DNA of 64,000 bases from an uncultured Ignavibacteriales bacterium (GCA_964464605.1 CAYXJN010000004.1:248001-312000); one strand, 5' to 3'. Counted from the stretch's first letter, positions 27,299-38,000 are shown. Notes: generated by a model not told the origin, from the letters alone. A program made the numbers and translations.

Positions 27299-28831
27299 AT
27301 GGCTGTTAAAGAAGTTGTTCTTACCGGTAATGATCTGACCGTTGATCAGGTAGATGCGGTCTGCCGCCATGGAGCCAAAGTCAAATTATCCCCGCAGGCG
27401 AAACAGGCAGTCAAAGCAAGCCGTCAGGTAATCGAAAAGAAAGTAAAAGCAGGCGAAGCCATTTACGGCGTCACCACCGGTATTGGTGAGTTTGCGCGTG
27501 TTTCCATTTCTCCAAAGGACGGAGAAGAGCTTCAGAAACGAATTGTCTATTCTCATGCCGCATCGGTAGGTAAAATTATTCCGGAGAGTGACAGCCGCGC
27601 CTGTTTGCTTCTCCGTGCCAATATGCTTTCGAAAGGATATTCCGGCGTCCGTTTGCAGATAGTCGAAACCTTAGTTGAAATGCTCAACAAAGGCGTGCAT
27701 CCGGTGATTTATGAAAAAGGGTCGCTCGGAACATCGGGTGATTTATCACCCCTTGCCATGATGGCGGAAGTAGTGATGGGAGAAGGGAAAGCATTTTACA
27801 ATGGTAAAATAGTTTCCGGCGCATTAGCGATGAAGTCTGCCGGTATCACACCGGTTCGGCTTTCCTACAAAGAAGGACTCGGCTTAATCAACGGTACGCA
27901 GCATATGACCGGTGTCGGTGTGTTAGCCTTGTTTGATGCCGTTAACTTAACTAAGAATGCGCTTATCGCCGCCGGGATGACGATTGATTGCGTCGGTTCC
28001 AATACCTCCGGTCTTGATGCCCGTGCGCACAAAATTCGTAATCATCGTGGACAAATAACGGTCGCAGAAAATTTACGACGAATGGTTCAGGGATCACAGA
28101 CCCTTCCTGCCAATGCCGGAAAGGTGCAGGATGCCTATTCACTCCGCTGCTGCCCGCAGATTTTAGGGCCGACGCTCGATGCGCTCAAATATGCCGAACA
28201 AACGCATATCAACGAAATCAACGGTGTGTCGGATAATCCGCTCTTTTTCGCCGATGATGATATCTATATCGCGGCTGGAAACTTCCACGGTCAGCCGGTA
28301 GCGATGGTGCAGGATTTTCTGGCGATTGCCATTTCCGAAATTGCATCACTCGCCGAACGTCACACCAACCGGATGCTGAATCCCGTGCTTTCCGGTTTGC
28401 CTGATTTCTTGGTCGAAGGCAAAGGTCTCAATTCCGGTTTGATGGTTTCCCAGTACACGCAGGCGGCGCTTGTCTCCGAAAACAAAATTCTCTCACACCC
28501 CGCGGTGGTCGATTCGATTTCGGTATCGGCCGATCAGGAAGACCATGTTTGCATGGGATCGATTACAGCGATGAAGCTTACCGATGTTATCCGCAATACC
28601 GAAACGGTTGTCGCCATCCAACTGATGTGCGCGGCGCAGGCGCTCGATTTCAAACGACCCTTAAAAGCGGGTAAGGGAACAGAAGCGGCATACAAAGAGG
28701 TTCGCAGGAAACTGACGCGGTTAATTGATGACCGTCCGCTCTATCCGGATATCGAAATTGTCTCGGCGATGGTCCGTTCCGGTGAAATCGTGGCTGTAGT
28801 AGAAAAAGCGATCGGGGATATTAAGCTATAG
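27299..28831 (+). CDS. hutH: Histidine ammonia-lyase-like MIO enzyme
   Basis: IYGVTTGIG, VYSHA, GSLGTSGDL, KEGLGLING, QDAYSLRC, DNP, GNFHGQP, QEDHV. Confidence 0.8.
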   Translation: MAVKEVVLTGNDLTVDQVDAVCRHGAKVKLSPQAKQAVKASRQVIEKKVKAGEAIYGVTTGIGEFARVSISPKDGEELQKRIVYSHAASVGKIIPESDSRACLLLRANMLSKGYSGVRLQIVETLVEMLNKGVHPVIYEKGSLGTSGDLSPLAMMAEVVMGEGKAFYNGKIVSGALAMKSAGITPVRLSYKEGLGLINGTQHMTGVGVLALFDAVNLTKNALIAAGMTIDCVGSNTSGLDARAHKIRNHRGQITVAENLRRMVQGSQTLPANAGKVQDAYSLRCCPQILGPTLDALKYAEQTHINEINGVSDNPLFFADDDIYIAAGNFHGQPVAMVQDFLAIAISEIASLAERHTNRMLNPVLSGLPDFLVEGKGLNSGLMVSQYTQAALVSENKILSHPAVVDSISVSADQEDHVCMGSITAMKLTDVIRNTETVVAIQLMCAAQALDFKRPLKAGKGTEAAYKEVRRKLTRLIDDRPLYPDIEIVSAMVRSGEIVAVVEKAIGDIKL

Positions 28832-28832
28832 T

Positions 28833-30485
28833 TTAATCAGTTAGTGCGAGCATGCGTTCAAGTTCTACTTTAACCTCCGGTTTGCGGAGTAAGCGGACCT
28901 TGACCGTCGTTCGTCCGGTCTTTTTCTGCTCTTTTTCGGCGACCAAATGATTGTCCGCAAGCCGTGCGATTTGGTGCAAATGGGTGATAACCAACACCTG
29001 CGAATGTTTGGCTAATTGCTTCAGTTTCGTGCCGACGTGCACCGCCGTCATTCCGCCGATACCGGCATCGACTTCATCAAACACCAACAGACTCGGTTTG
29101 AGCGGCTGATTGCCTTGTGTCGCTAATTTTAAAGCCAACAGTACACGGGAAATTTCACCACCTGAAGCCGTCTTCACTAACGATTTCAGCGGCTCACCTG
29201 GATTCGCCGAAAACAGAAACCGCGCGCTTTCCAATCCTAACGGTCCTGCTTTGACTGTCTGTTTTCCTAACAACACACCATCGGCGGTTTCTTCGACTAC
29301 TAACTCACAGCAGAAACGGGCTTCTTCGATTGCGAGATCAGCAAGTTCCTGTTCGACTGCTTTCGCGAGCAGCTTTGCTGCCTTTGTCCGTTTCGCGGAA
29401 AGCGATAACGCTTTGTCGCTATATGCATCCGTTGCTTTCGCCATCAATGCCTCCAGTTCGGCGATTTGTTGGTCGACATCCGGATTCGTTTTTAGCTGTT
29501 CATTGATTTTATGTAATTGCTCAAGCGCCGCTTGCTCCGTGCCGCCGTATTTTTTTCGAAGCTTGTAGATTTCATCAAGACGAAGATTGATATCTTCGAT
29601 TCGTTTCGGGTCATCGAGTATCCCGCCACCATAGGATTCGATAGCGCGACGCGACTCCTCAACCGAATATACAATTTCAGAAAGTGTTTCGAGCTGGGGG
29701 TGCAGAGCGGCGTCGATTGTGGTCATCTTTTCAAGTTCTTTACGGGCGAATTTCAGCCGGTCGATTGCCGATTGCTGCTCGCCGCCAAGCAATTCTTCGA
29801 TAGCGGTGGCTGAAGTCATCAGCGTCCGCGCTGAATCGAGAATCTTGCGTTCAGTTGTCAGCGCTTCCTCTTCACCCACCTGCAAGTTCGCCTGCTCAAG
29901 TTCCTGTTTTTGAAAAAGCAAAAGCTCCCGTTCATTTTTGAGCCATTCTTTTCGCTTACGCACCGAGTTCAGTTCATTCACGAGTGCCGTCATTCGCTGG
30001 TAGCGTTCGGTGACTTCTTCGCGAAGCGGAAGCGTTTCAGCGAACATATCGAGAAAGTCCAGATGCCGCTCTTCATCCATCAACTGCTGGCCGGAGTGCT
30101 GACCCATGATTTCTGCGATCTGTGTTGTTATGGCCTTGAGCTGCGCAAGCGTCGCTTGCCTGCCGTTTACTTTAATTTTCGATGATGTATCGGTACCGAC
30201 TTCGCGGATAATCGAAAGTGTAGTGTCTTCTAACTCCGGAAACTGTGAGCGCAGTTCTTTGAGTACCGGTTTGGGGAGTTCGAAAATTGCTTCGACCGTA
30301 AGCGATGATGTCTCATGCCGAATCTGCTCTTTATCGGCACGTTCACCTAAGGCAAGGGAAAGGGCGGAGACAACAATCGATTTCCCGGCGCCGGTTTCAC
30401 CGGTCAAAACAGTAAGCCCCGGATTGAAATCGAGTGCGAGAGTATCGACAAGTGCGAAATTATTAATGCTTAGTTTTGTGAGCAT
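28833..30485 (-). CDS. recN: DNA repair protein RecN
   Basis: LTGETGAGKS, FSANPGEPLKSL, ASGGEISR, FDEVDAGIGG, ITHLHQIA. Confidence 0.95.
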   Translation of the reverse strand: MLTKLSINNFALVDTLALDFNPGLTVLTGETGAGKSIVVSALSLALGERADKEQIRHETSSLTVEAIFELPKPVLKELRSQFPELEDTTLSIIREVGTDTSSKIKVNGRQATLAQLKAITTQIAEIMGQHSGQQLMDEERHLDFLDMFAETLPLREEVTERYQRMTALVNELNSVRKRKEWLKNERELLLFQKQELEQANLQVGEEEALTTERKILDSARTLMTSATAIEELLGGEQQSAIDRLKFARKELEKMTTIDAALHPQLETLSEIVYSVEESRRAIESYGGGILDDPKRIEDINLRLDEIYKLRKKYGGTEQAALEQLHKINEQLKTNPDVDQQIAELEALMAKATDAYSDKALSLSAKRTKAAKLLAKAVEQELADLAIEEARFCCELVVEETADGVLLGKQTVKAGPLGLESARFLFSANPGEPLKSLVKTASGGEISRVLLALKLATQGNQPLKPSLLVFDEVDAGIGGMTAVHVGTKLKQLAKHSQVLVITHLHQIARLADNHLVAEKEQKKTGRTTVKVRLLRKPEVKVELERMLALTD

Positions 30486-32202
30486 AAAGCCCGAACTGTT
30501 CCATTTGCTGCAAAATTGCGTCAGCTTTTTTTTGGTCACCGGCTTCAGCGGCGGCGGCAAGTTCTTTTTGCAAACTGGCGCGTATCCGTTTCAGTTTGTC
30601 TTCGATCATTAAGGTCAAATGCCGTCGTGTTTCGACTTCGATTTGTTCCGGTTCCCATTCGGTGGCGGCCACCTGCGAAGTGAGCGATATCATGCTGTCA
30701 TCTTCAAATTGCTGGACAAGGGTAGCGGCATCGATACGTCGCTCTGTCCGGTACTGCTGAATCATCGCCGAATACAACCGGGACAAACTTTTGGAATCGA
30801 AATCATCTGGGGAGATACTTTCAAAAATCGTATCGATAAGCCCGGAGTTATGCATCAACAATGACAACAGTTCAAATTCGATTGGACGTTTTTTGACTGT
30901 TAAACTCATTTTTGACGTTCTTGCTTTTTGTGTTCCAGCTACCGGAGAAAACAATGCTTGATCGACCTCAAGGGTGCGGGCAGCTTCGGCGAAAAAAAGT
31001 GCGCGTCGGGTCGGATCGCTTATCTGCTGGCCGAGCGCGCTGAGTTCTTTAACCAGCTTTTCCTTTTCGACAATCCCGCTTTTACCTGCTTTGTATTCAG
31101 CGAGACGATAGGGAATAAATCCTAATGCTTCATTTTGTAGCTTCTCTATTGCTGCTAATCCCTGTGTACGTGCGACGGAATCCGGGTCTTCACCTTTCGG
31201 TGCGATGATTACTTTTACTTCGAGACCGGCATCGTAGAGGGAATCAACCGAACGCAATGCTGCTTTCTGTCCGGCGGAATCGGCATCGAAGAAGAGATAG
31301 ACATTATTGGCAAACCGCGCCAAAAGCCGTGCCTGTTGCGCGGTGAAGGCGGTTCCAGATGAGGCAACCACGTTTTTCATTCCAACTTGCCACAATGAAA
31401 GCAAATCGAAATATCCTTCGACAATTAACACTGAACCGGATTCGCGGATAGCATCTTTGGTCTTATTCAATCCGTACAGGACATGCCCTTTGGCGTAGAG
31501 CGGTGTTTCGGGGGAGTTCATGTATTTGATATTTTCACCCTTTTTCAGTGTCCGTCCGCCGAATGCTATCGGTTTGCCGGAGAGATTGAAAATAGGAATC
31601 ATCAATCGCTCACGGAACCGGTCGAAGATTTTACCTGCTTCACTTTTGATAGCAAGCCCCGCTTTGACTAAATCATCGGGGGAGAGGTCTTTTTTACCGG
31701 CATATTTGATAAGACCATCCCACTCTTCACCGGCCAGACCTAATGAAAACTCTTCGATTGTTTCTTCCGATATCTGCCGTTTCTCATGCAAGTAAGCTTT
31801 CAATACTTCCGGGTGCTTTTTACCGAGCAAGAGAGATTGAAAATAATCGATCGCGACTTGGTTGGCGTAACCCAAGCGGTCAAGCGATTCCCGGTGCTGG
31901 CTTTGTCCTTTGTCTTCACGGATAATGATATTCGCTTTGCCAGCCAGAAAGCGAACCGCTTCGGTAAAGCTCATCCGCTCATGTTCCATCAGAAACGTGA
32001 TAACATTTCCGCCTTTGCCGCAGCCGAAGCAGTAGAAGATTCCCTTGTCCGGTGTTACGGTGAATGACGGCGTTTTTTCGGTGTGAAACGGACAGAGCCC
32101 GATAAAATTACGGCCCCGCTTTTTGAGACGGACATAATCGCCGATTATCTGTGAGATATCGGAGGCTTCCCGTACTTGTTCAACCGTTTCCTGAGGTATC
32201 AT
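30463..32202 (-). CDS. dnaG: DNA primase
   Basis: CPFHTEKTPSF...CFGC, KYMNSPET, VEGYFD, FDADSAG, KGEDPD. Confidence 0.96.
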   Translation of the reverse strand: MIPQETVEQVREASDISQIIGDYVRLKKRGRNFIGLCPFHTEKTPSFTVTPDKGIFYCFGCGKGGNVITFLMEHERMSFTEAVRFLAGKANIIIREDKGQSQHRESLDRLGYANQVAIDYFQSLLLGKKHPEVLKAYLHEKRQISEETIEEFSLGLAGEEWDGLIKYAGKKDLSPDDLVKAGLAIKSEAGKIFDRFRERLMIPIFNLSGKPIAFGGRTLKKGENIKYMNSPETPLYAKGHVLYGLNKTKDAIRESGSVLIVEGYFDLLSLWQVGMKNVVASSGTAFTAQQARLLARFANNVYLFFDADSAGQKAALRSVDSLYDAGLEVKVIIAPKGEDPDSVARTQGLAAIEKLQNEALGFIPYRLAEYKAGKSGIVEKEKLVKELSALGQQISDPTRRALFFAEAARTLEVDQALFSPVAGTQKARTSKMSLTVKKRPIEFELLSLLMHNSGLIDTIFESISPDDFDSKSLSRLYSAMIQQYRTERRIDAATLVQQFEDDSMISLTSQVAATEWEPEQIEVETRRHLTLMIEDKLKRIRASLQKELAAAAEAGDQKKADAILQQMEQFGLYAHKTKH

Positions 32203-32203
32203 G

Positions 32204-34564
32204 CTATTCTTTCAATCGTACAATCGTTACACCCGCGCCACCTTCGTTCCAGTCGCCGAGACGGTAGGATTCCACTTCCCGGTGATTTTTCAGGTAGTCG
32301 GTCAGGGTGCGACGGAGGGTGCCGGTTCCTTTGCCATGAATAACGTATATTTGGCGCAATCCGGCAATGAGGGCCTGATCGATAAATTTGTCGAGGGCAT
32401 CGGTCGCTTCATCGGCGGTCATTCCACGCAGATGAATCTCCGGGCTTTCGATATCCGCACCCGGCCGCTCCTGTCGCTTGGCAGGGCGGGTATTGGTCGA
32501 TGTTGCACCTTCGATACGTTCCAAGTTCCGGGTTTCGGCGGTGGTGACCATATTGCCGACCCGCACCTTTGCTTTGGTTTTGCTTGGCAGCTCGGTGATT
32601 ACGCCTTCGGCGTTGATAGAAAGAATCCGGACCGCATCCCCAACTCTAAATTTGGTGTTATCGATTCGTTTCGGTTTGGCGGCTTCAGTGCGCTGGACTA
32701 ATTCCGCCTGCACCTGCTTCATTTGCTGGTGAAACGATTTCACCGAGGCCTCTTCCGCCTGTGTTGCACGGATGTTGGCAACTTCCTGTTCGATTTGTTT
32801 GCGCGTGGTTTCGATAAACTGCTGAGTGTCGATTAATGCCTGCTGTTTGACGGCGATCAGCTCCTGCTGAAGCTGTGCCATCTTCGCTTCATATTCCTGC
32901 TCATATGCAGTCGCTTTGGCGAGACGTTCAGTCAGCTGAATACGATCTTCCCGTACTTTGGCTAATTCATTTTCTAAAGCGGTTATCAACCGAGTCAAGG
33001 AACGCTCTTCGCTCCCGACCACTTTGGCCGCCGCTTCGCACACAGCTTTGGGCAGACCTAAGCGCGTTGCTATCTCGATGCCATACGATGAACCGGGCAG
33101 CCCCATGCGAAGCCGGTAGGTGGGGGAAAGGGTGTCGACATCGAATTCCATCGAGGCGTTTTCAATCTCCGGATGATCCAGTGCTAATGTCTTTAACTGT
33201 GAATAGTGGGTGGTGGCAATCACTTTTGCACCCTTTTCTATCGCATAGAGCAGGACCGACTCAGCCAGCGCGGCGCCATCTTTCGGGTCGGTTCCGGCGC
33301 CGACTTCATCGAACAGCAAAAGCGTGGTCGGGGAAGGATTTTGTAATCCACTGACGATATTGCGAACATGAGAGGAGAACGTGGAAAGAGAGAGTTCGAT
33401 TGACTGCTCATCTCCGATATCGGCGAACAGATTATCGAACATGCCGACTTCTGATTCTCTATCCGCCGCGATATGCAATCCCGAAAGCGCCATCAGCGTG
33501 GAAAGTCCGACCGTTTTTAACAGCACTGTTTTTCCGCCGGTGTTGGGGCCGGTTATCAAAATCGCCTGACGGTTGTCATCCAATGTGACACTCGCCGGAA
33601 CGACTTTTTCAATTGAACCAAAATTTAGAATCAGCAATGGATGGCGGGCATCCTTCAAGGACAGCGAAGGTGTCTGGGCTATTCGCGGGGCATTTCCTTT
33701 GATAGCGATTGAATTTAACGCACAAGCGTGTAATCTGTCGAGTGTGCCGATAACACTGCAATTTTCTGCGAGCGCATCACCGTGGCTGCTAATCTGGGTA
33801 GTAAGGGCGCGCAGAATACGGTCGATTTCGATTCGTTCATCCTGCAAAAGCGTTTGTATCCGATTATTGAATTCAACGACCTCTTTCGGTTCGATATACA
33901 ACGTAGCGCCGCTGCCGCTGCGGTCATGCAAAATCCCCATGTCGCTGCGGAAGGAATCGGAAGGGACCGTCATGACATACCGTTCATTGCGCTGGGTGAC
34001 AATATCATCAGCGATTCCGGTTTTTTTGCCGGATGCGAGCATCGCTTCTAATTTGGAAACGACCCGCCTGCGACCCTCGGCGATTTCCATTCGGGTAGAT
34101 TTGAGTTTCGGTGAAGCGGAGTCTCGTACTTCACCGTGCTCATCGATTGTGCGGCTGATTTCTTTTTGCAGTTCCGGAAACACACGGAGATCGTTCAAGT
34201 GTGTGTCGATAGTTTGAAATTTCTGCCGATGTTCCGGCGCATACTCTTTCAGTCCGCGTGAGTTTACTAACAGCTCTAAGATTTTGAGTATTTCTTTCGG
34301 GTCAAGATGGGTTCCTTCAACTGTCGCCCGTTCTAAAGTCGGGCGGCAATCATCCTCCATACGATAGAGTGGGAAAGGGTCGCCGAATTGGACAATATCC
34401 TTCATTTCGGAAACTTCCCGCAGATGCTCCTCGATCTGGATTCGATTGACGAACGGTGCGATGCCCGAAACTTTCTCCCGGCCATAGGGGGTCAGGCAGT
34501 TACCGGCAATGGCGGCTACTACTTTGGCAAATTCGAGCGTTGAAAGGGTATGCTGGTCTATCAT
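32204..34564 (-). CDS. mutS2: Endonuclease MutS2 (ribosome collision factor type, with Smr domain)
   Basis: ITGPNTGGKT, DIGDEQSIE..LSTFSSH, DEVGAGTDP, Smr IHLRG...IHGKGTG. Confidence 0.95.
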   Translation of the reverse strand: MIDQHTLSTLEFAKVVAAIAGNCLTPYGREKVSGIAPFVNRIQIEEHLREVSEMKDIVQFGDPFPLYRMEDDCRPTLERATVEGTHLDPKEILKILELLVNSRGLKEYAPEHRQKFQTIDTHLNDLRVFPELQKEISRTIDEHGEVRDSASPKLKSTRMEIAEGRRRVVSKLEAMLASGKKTGIADDIVTQRNERYVMTVPSDSFRSDMGILHDRSGSGATLYIEPKEVVEFNNRIQTLLQDERIEIDRILRALTTQISSHGDALAENCSVIGTLDRLHACALNSIAIKGNAPRIAQTPSLSLKDARHPLLILNFGSIEKVVPASVTLDDNRQAILITGPNTGGKTVLLKTVGLSTLMALSGLHIAADRESEVGMFDNLFADIGDEQSIELSLSTFSSHVRNIVSGLQNPSPTTLLLFDEVGAGTDPKDGAALAESVLLYAIEKGAKVIATTHYSQLKTLALDHPEIENASMEFDVDTLSPTYRLRMGLPGSSYGIEIATRLGLPKAVCEAAAKVVGSEERSLTRLITALENELAKVREDRIQLTERLAKATAYEQEYEAKMAQLQQELIAVKQQALIDTQQFIETTRKQIEQEVANIRATQAEEASVKSFHQQMKQVQAELVQRTEAAKPKRIDNTKFRVGDAVRILSINAEGVITELPSKTKAKVRVGNMVTTAETRNLERIEGATSTNTRPAKRQERPGADIESPEIHLRGMTADEATDALDKFIDQALIAGLRQIYVIHGKGTGTLRRTLTDYLKNHREVESYRLGDWNEGGAGVTIVRLKE

Positions 34565-34570
34565 TTAAAT

Positions 34571-34594
34571 AAAAACGGCCGACTGAGTCGGCCG
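34571..34594 (-). terminator. Intra-operon terminator-like hairpin between cvpA and mutS2
   Basis: Minus strand CGGCCGAC-tca-GTCGGCCG followed by TTTTTATTT. Confidence 0.65.
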
Positions 34595-34630
34595 GTAATA
34601 TACGTTGTAGGAGAGGACAAAAGAATCTCT

Positions 34631-35272
34631 TTAGGATTTATCATCCTCGGTCGGGGCAAAGAACCGGTTCATCATGTTGAGTGCCCGGAAAACTTCTTCT
34701 CTGTCCTCAGCTTCGATTTTTTCTCCCCCGGGAGCGGTTTTTGGAGCTTCAACCAGCGCTTCTTCGATTTTGGTCATGAAAGCAGGGGAGTTTGGGTGAA
34801 TAACTGAGGTGCCGTCGTACAGCATCGGTACCGTACGGGCGACTACCGGCCCGAAAAAGGACTTTTCGAATGAGGCAAAAAATGAATCCGGCAAGGGGAG
34901 CAAAAAGACGAGGAAGGTCAGATAGCCGACCCCAAGCCAGCCCCGCAGAAAGCCGATCAGCGCGCCGCCCATTTGATCCTGTTTCCCCAGTTGTTTGATA
35001 TTGGCGACCTTGTAAAATACAAATCCCGCCAGCTTGAACGTGGCGTAGGAGAGGGTTAAAAGAACCAAAAAGGCTAAAAAGGCCGAAACAAGCGGGGAGC
35101 CTCCCAATTGGCCGAACATCCAGCCGGAAATCTTGTCGATGTAGACTACAGAAGTGAGCATTGAGGCGAAAAAGAGCAAAAAAGCCATCGTTTCCCGCAC
35201 CAGACCTTTTTTGGCGCCGATAATGACCGAGGTCAGCACCAAGAGAATAAGAATAATATCAACCCAATTCAC
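34631..35272 (-). CDS. cvpA: CvpA family membrane protein
   Basis: MNWVDIILI..GAKKGLVRE, DQMGGALIGFLRG; GTG start with AGGAGG RBS. Confidence 0.88.
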   Translation of the reverse strand: MNWVDIILILLVLTSVIIGAKKGLVRETMAFLLFFASMLTSVVYIDKISGWMFGQLGGSPLVSAFLAFLVLLTLSYATFKLAGFVFYKVANIKQLGKQDQMGGALIGFLRGWLGVGYLTFLVFLLPLPDSFFASFEKSFFGPVVARTVPMLYDGTSVIHPNSPAFMTKIEEALVEAPKTAPGGEKIEAEDREEVFRALNMMNRFFAPTEDDKS

Positions 35273-35336
35273 CGGATATCCTCCTGTGAGTGTGTGAACG
35301 TTCGTTGTTAGCGAAAAAGGGTAGAGAAGTTTTTAG

Positions 35337-35792
35337 CTATTTGGCAAGCATTTCGTTGGCCAGTTTGTTGACCAGCTTGCCGTCCGCCCGACCTTTGGTT
35401 TTGGGGGCGACTATTTTCATGACAAGGCCGAGTTTCTGCGGGGAGTCGGCGCCGGATTCGGCGATCGCATCAGCGATGATTTTCTTGAGTTCATCTTCGG
35501 TTAATTGCTGAGGGAGATAGCCGGTGATAATGTTCAGCGCGAACGTCTCTTTTGCTACCAGATCGAAGCGGTTGCCGTTAGTGAATTGCTCGATAGAGTC
35601 CCGCACTTTTTTCGCGCTTGAGTTAAGCACGCCGACAATTTCTTCGTCAGGAAGCTCGGTTGTGGCACCACCTTTGTCGATTTGCTTGTATTTAATATCT
35701 GATTTGAGGCCCCGAAGAACGGTTACTTTGTCTTTGTCACCGCCCTTGAGGGCCTCTTTCAGATCAGAGTCTATTCGCTGAAGTAAAGACAT
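35337..35792 (-). CDS. yqeY: GatB/YqeY domain protein
   Basis: DLKEALK, DSIEQF..GNRFDL, YLPQQL, KGRADGK. Confidence 0.92.
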   Translation of the reverse strand: MSLLQRIDSDLKEALKGGDKDKVTVLRGLKSDIKYKQIDKGGATTELPDEEIVGVLNSSAKKVRDSIEQFTNGNRFDLVAKETFALNIITGYLPQQLTEDELKKIIADAIAESGADSPQKLGLVMKIVAPKTKGRADGKLVNKLANEMLAK

Positions 35793-35799
35793 GACTGTC

Positions 35800-35997
35800 T
35801 TATTCCTCCCGCATAGCAGTCATACGACGATTTTTCCGGCGAGCCGCAGCAAGCTTGCGCTTTTTGGCTTCGGACGGTTTTTCGTAGTGCTGATGTTTTT
35901 TGATGTCGCTCAAAATACCAGTCTTTTCGCAGAATTTATTGAAACGGCGAAGGGCTTTTTCGAAGGACTCGTCATCTCGTACTTTAACACCTGTCAA
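35800..35997 (-). CDS. rpsU: 30S ribosomal protein S21 (TTG start)
   Basis: [10 protein letters not shown]...HYEKPS; GGAGGTG RBS. Confidence 0.97.
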   Translation of the reverse strand: MTGVKVRDDESFEKALRRFNKFCEKTGILSDIKKHQHYEKPSEAKKRKLAAARRKNRRMTAMREE

Positions 35998-36053
35998 TCG
36001 GGAAACACCTCCTTACAACAGGGCAATAGGTTACCATTCGTATTTAGCTTCTA

Positions 36054-36082
36054 AATATCGGCGGATTGTTAGAAATTGTCAA
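36054..36082 (-). promoter_or_regulatory. Sigma-70 promoter of the rpsU operon
   Basis: Minus strand TTGACA-17 nt-GATATT. Confidence 0.6.
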
Positions 36083-36170
36083 GCACGGACTAACTAATAG
36101 ATGGTCAATAACTTATAGTACGTGATCCGGCGGCACGCTCATATAGATCAGCGAATTATCCATCTAAAGG

Positions 36171-38000
36171 CTATTCTTCACTGCTCGTTAACAGGAACAG
36201 TCTCTTTTTCTCGGCAAAGTATTCCCGGCAAAAATCGAGATGGGCTTCTTTTTCGTTTTGCGCTACCATTTTTTGTCTTCGAGTAACATGAAAGGAAGCG
36301 GTCGCAGTTGTACTGTCGGATTGGCGAAGCCAGGCAGCAAAATAACCGATACCCGGATTTCCAAATAGTGTTGAGTCGGCAGCAACACCGGTAATTCCAC
36401 GAAGCGTGATGTGTGCCTGTCTGTTGATGGATGCTTCGTAGTGGATCGGTAAGGTGTCATTAGCCCGCTCAAGAGCCTCGCTTGTAACGACAACAAAGAG
36501 GGCGTGCGGTAGGTAGCGTTTTGCTTGCGTAGTAATAACCCATTGATTGATATCAGCCAATGCTCCAATGGTTATCTCGCGTGAGCTTTCTTTGACTAAC
36601 GCATAACTACGCAACGGTACTTGTGGAAATTCCTTATAGATGATTTGATTTATTCGCTCATCAGAGGCCATATAGAATCGATTTAATTGAGCACGTCGAT
36701 ATTCGGCCAATATATCCCCCCGTAAGGTCAAAAGAACCCGAACGGAGCTAAGGGAGTCGATGTGTCCGTCAAGTTCAACGGAGAGTTCGGGCAGAGTATC
36801 ATTCAGCGGGATGGGCAGCATTCGTGGGTTCTCTTTGTCTAAGATTACTGCCAGGTGTCCTACGATGGAGCCGGGGTAGTCTTCGAAAGGGTGATATGGG
36901 GCGGTCATATCAAAAAAATGGTTTTGCAGTGAGTCCTCGTAGTAGCACATTATGTGATCGTACCGTTGCAGATGGATAACATCAAACGGAAGTGGCGGGG
37001 TTGTGGAAACTATCGCCGGATGTACCGGTATGCCGAAAGAATGCGCTAAGGCGCAAATCAAGTATGCCCGGTCTTTGCAGTCTCCGTATCCTCGTGTCAA
37101 CACAGATGAAGGTGAGGCTACTTTATAATCATGCCGTGCAGGAAAATCGGGCATGTAGCGAATATTTGTCTGAATCCAGTTATAAAGCGCACGAAGTTGT
37201 GACTCTTTGTCGAGCAGGGCTGTCACGCTGTCGCGTAGCGGAAACGCTGTCAGCTCGTCATCTGTTGGAATACGTGGATTTAAATCGGTAAACCAGTTCG
37301 TTAGCGCTTGGGGCGAGGTTGTACTTTTCAGTTTTTCCGAGACCCGAATTTCGAGTGCGATATAGGCGAGTGCGTCATTGAATTGAAACAGCGGAAGCGT
37401 AGGTTGATGACTTTGCCCGGCGAAGCGATACATTTCCTTTCGGGCATTCCCAATTTCTTTCGCGATCGGAATGGAATCAAACGGAAACGCCATATGCGGA
37501 ATAACCGTAACATTTGGGTGATGGTTAATAGTGAGGGTAACTTCTGAAATTGAATCTTCATTCGGAATGACGATTATCGGCGCCACAGCTATCTCGTCAT
37601 ACGTACTCGACCATTTTATTCTGTAGATATCACCGGCTTTTGGTTTGCCGGGAAATATGAAAGTGTTCCGTTTACTATCAGCGCTAAACAAATCATTCTC
37701 TATTACGATTGGTTGGGAATGAATGGTATCACGTAACGGCTTGCCATTCTTTGTGGCCTTGTAATGACTCATGGGGGCATATTGCAGACCGTCTATTTGT
37801 ACGAAATAGTCAGTTGTCCCGTTGTTGTCGAGCCAGATTTTGGTTTCATCGTGCCGTACCGTTACTTTGTGCTTTCCAGCTGCTTTTGGCTCTATATTCA
37901 CCGAGATATCAGATCGCCAATGCGAGCGAGGAGCAGCGAATGCAATCCCACAGCTTATCATAACAACGTTAAAAAACAAGCAGACAATACGGGTGTTCAT
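36171..38000 (-). CDS. DUF3857 / transglutaminase-like secreted protein with intact Cys-His-Asp triad
   Basis: Signal peptide; LYNWIQTNIRY, GYGDCKD, YDHIMCY, FFDMT. Confidence 0.8.
   Translation of the reverse strand: MNTRIVCLFFNVVMISCGIAFAAPRSHWRSDISVNIEPKAAGKHKVTVRHDETKIWLDNNGTTDYFVQIDGLQYAPMSHYKATKNGKPLRDTIHSQPIVIENDLFSADSKRNTFIFPGKPKAGDIYRIKWSSTYDEIAVAPIIVIPNEDSISEVTLTINHHPNVTVIPHMAFPFDSIPIAKEIGNARKEMYRFAGQSHQPTLPLFQFNDALAYIALEIRVSEKLKSTTSPQALTNWFTDLNPRIPTDDELTAFPLRDSVTALLDKESQLRALYNWIQTNIRYMPDFPARHDYKVASPSSVLTRGYGDCKDRAYLICALAHSFGIPVHPAIVSTTPPLPFDVIHLQRYDHIMCYYEDSLQNHFFDMTAPYHPFEDYPGSIVGHLAVILDKENPRMLPIPLNDTLPELSVELDGHIDSLSSVRVLLTLRGDILAEYRRAQLNRFYMASDERINQIIYKEFPQVPLRSYALVKESSREITIGALADINQWVITTQAKRYLPHALFVVVTSEALERANDTLPIHYEASINRQAHITLRGITGVAADSTLFGNPGIGYFAAWLRQSDSTTATASFHVTRRQKMVAQNEKEAHLDFCREYFAEKKRLFLLTSSEE

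Noticed and set aside
32201..34217. Long antisense ORFs (e.g. 32201-32701, 33573-34217, also 5730-6257 and 58030-58614)
   Set aside because: They shadow well-supported genes on the opposite strand and carry no motifs
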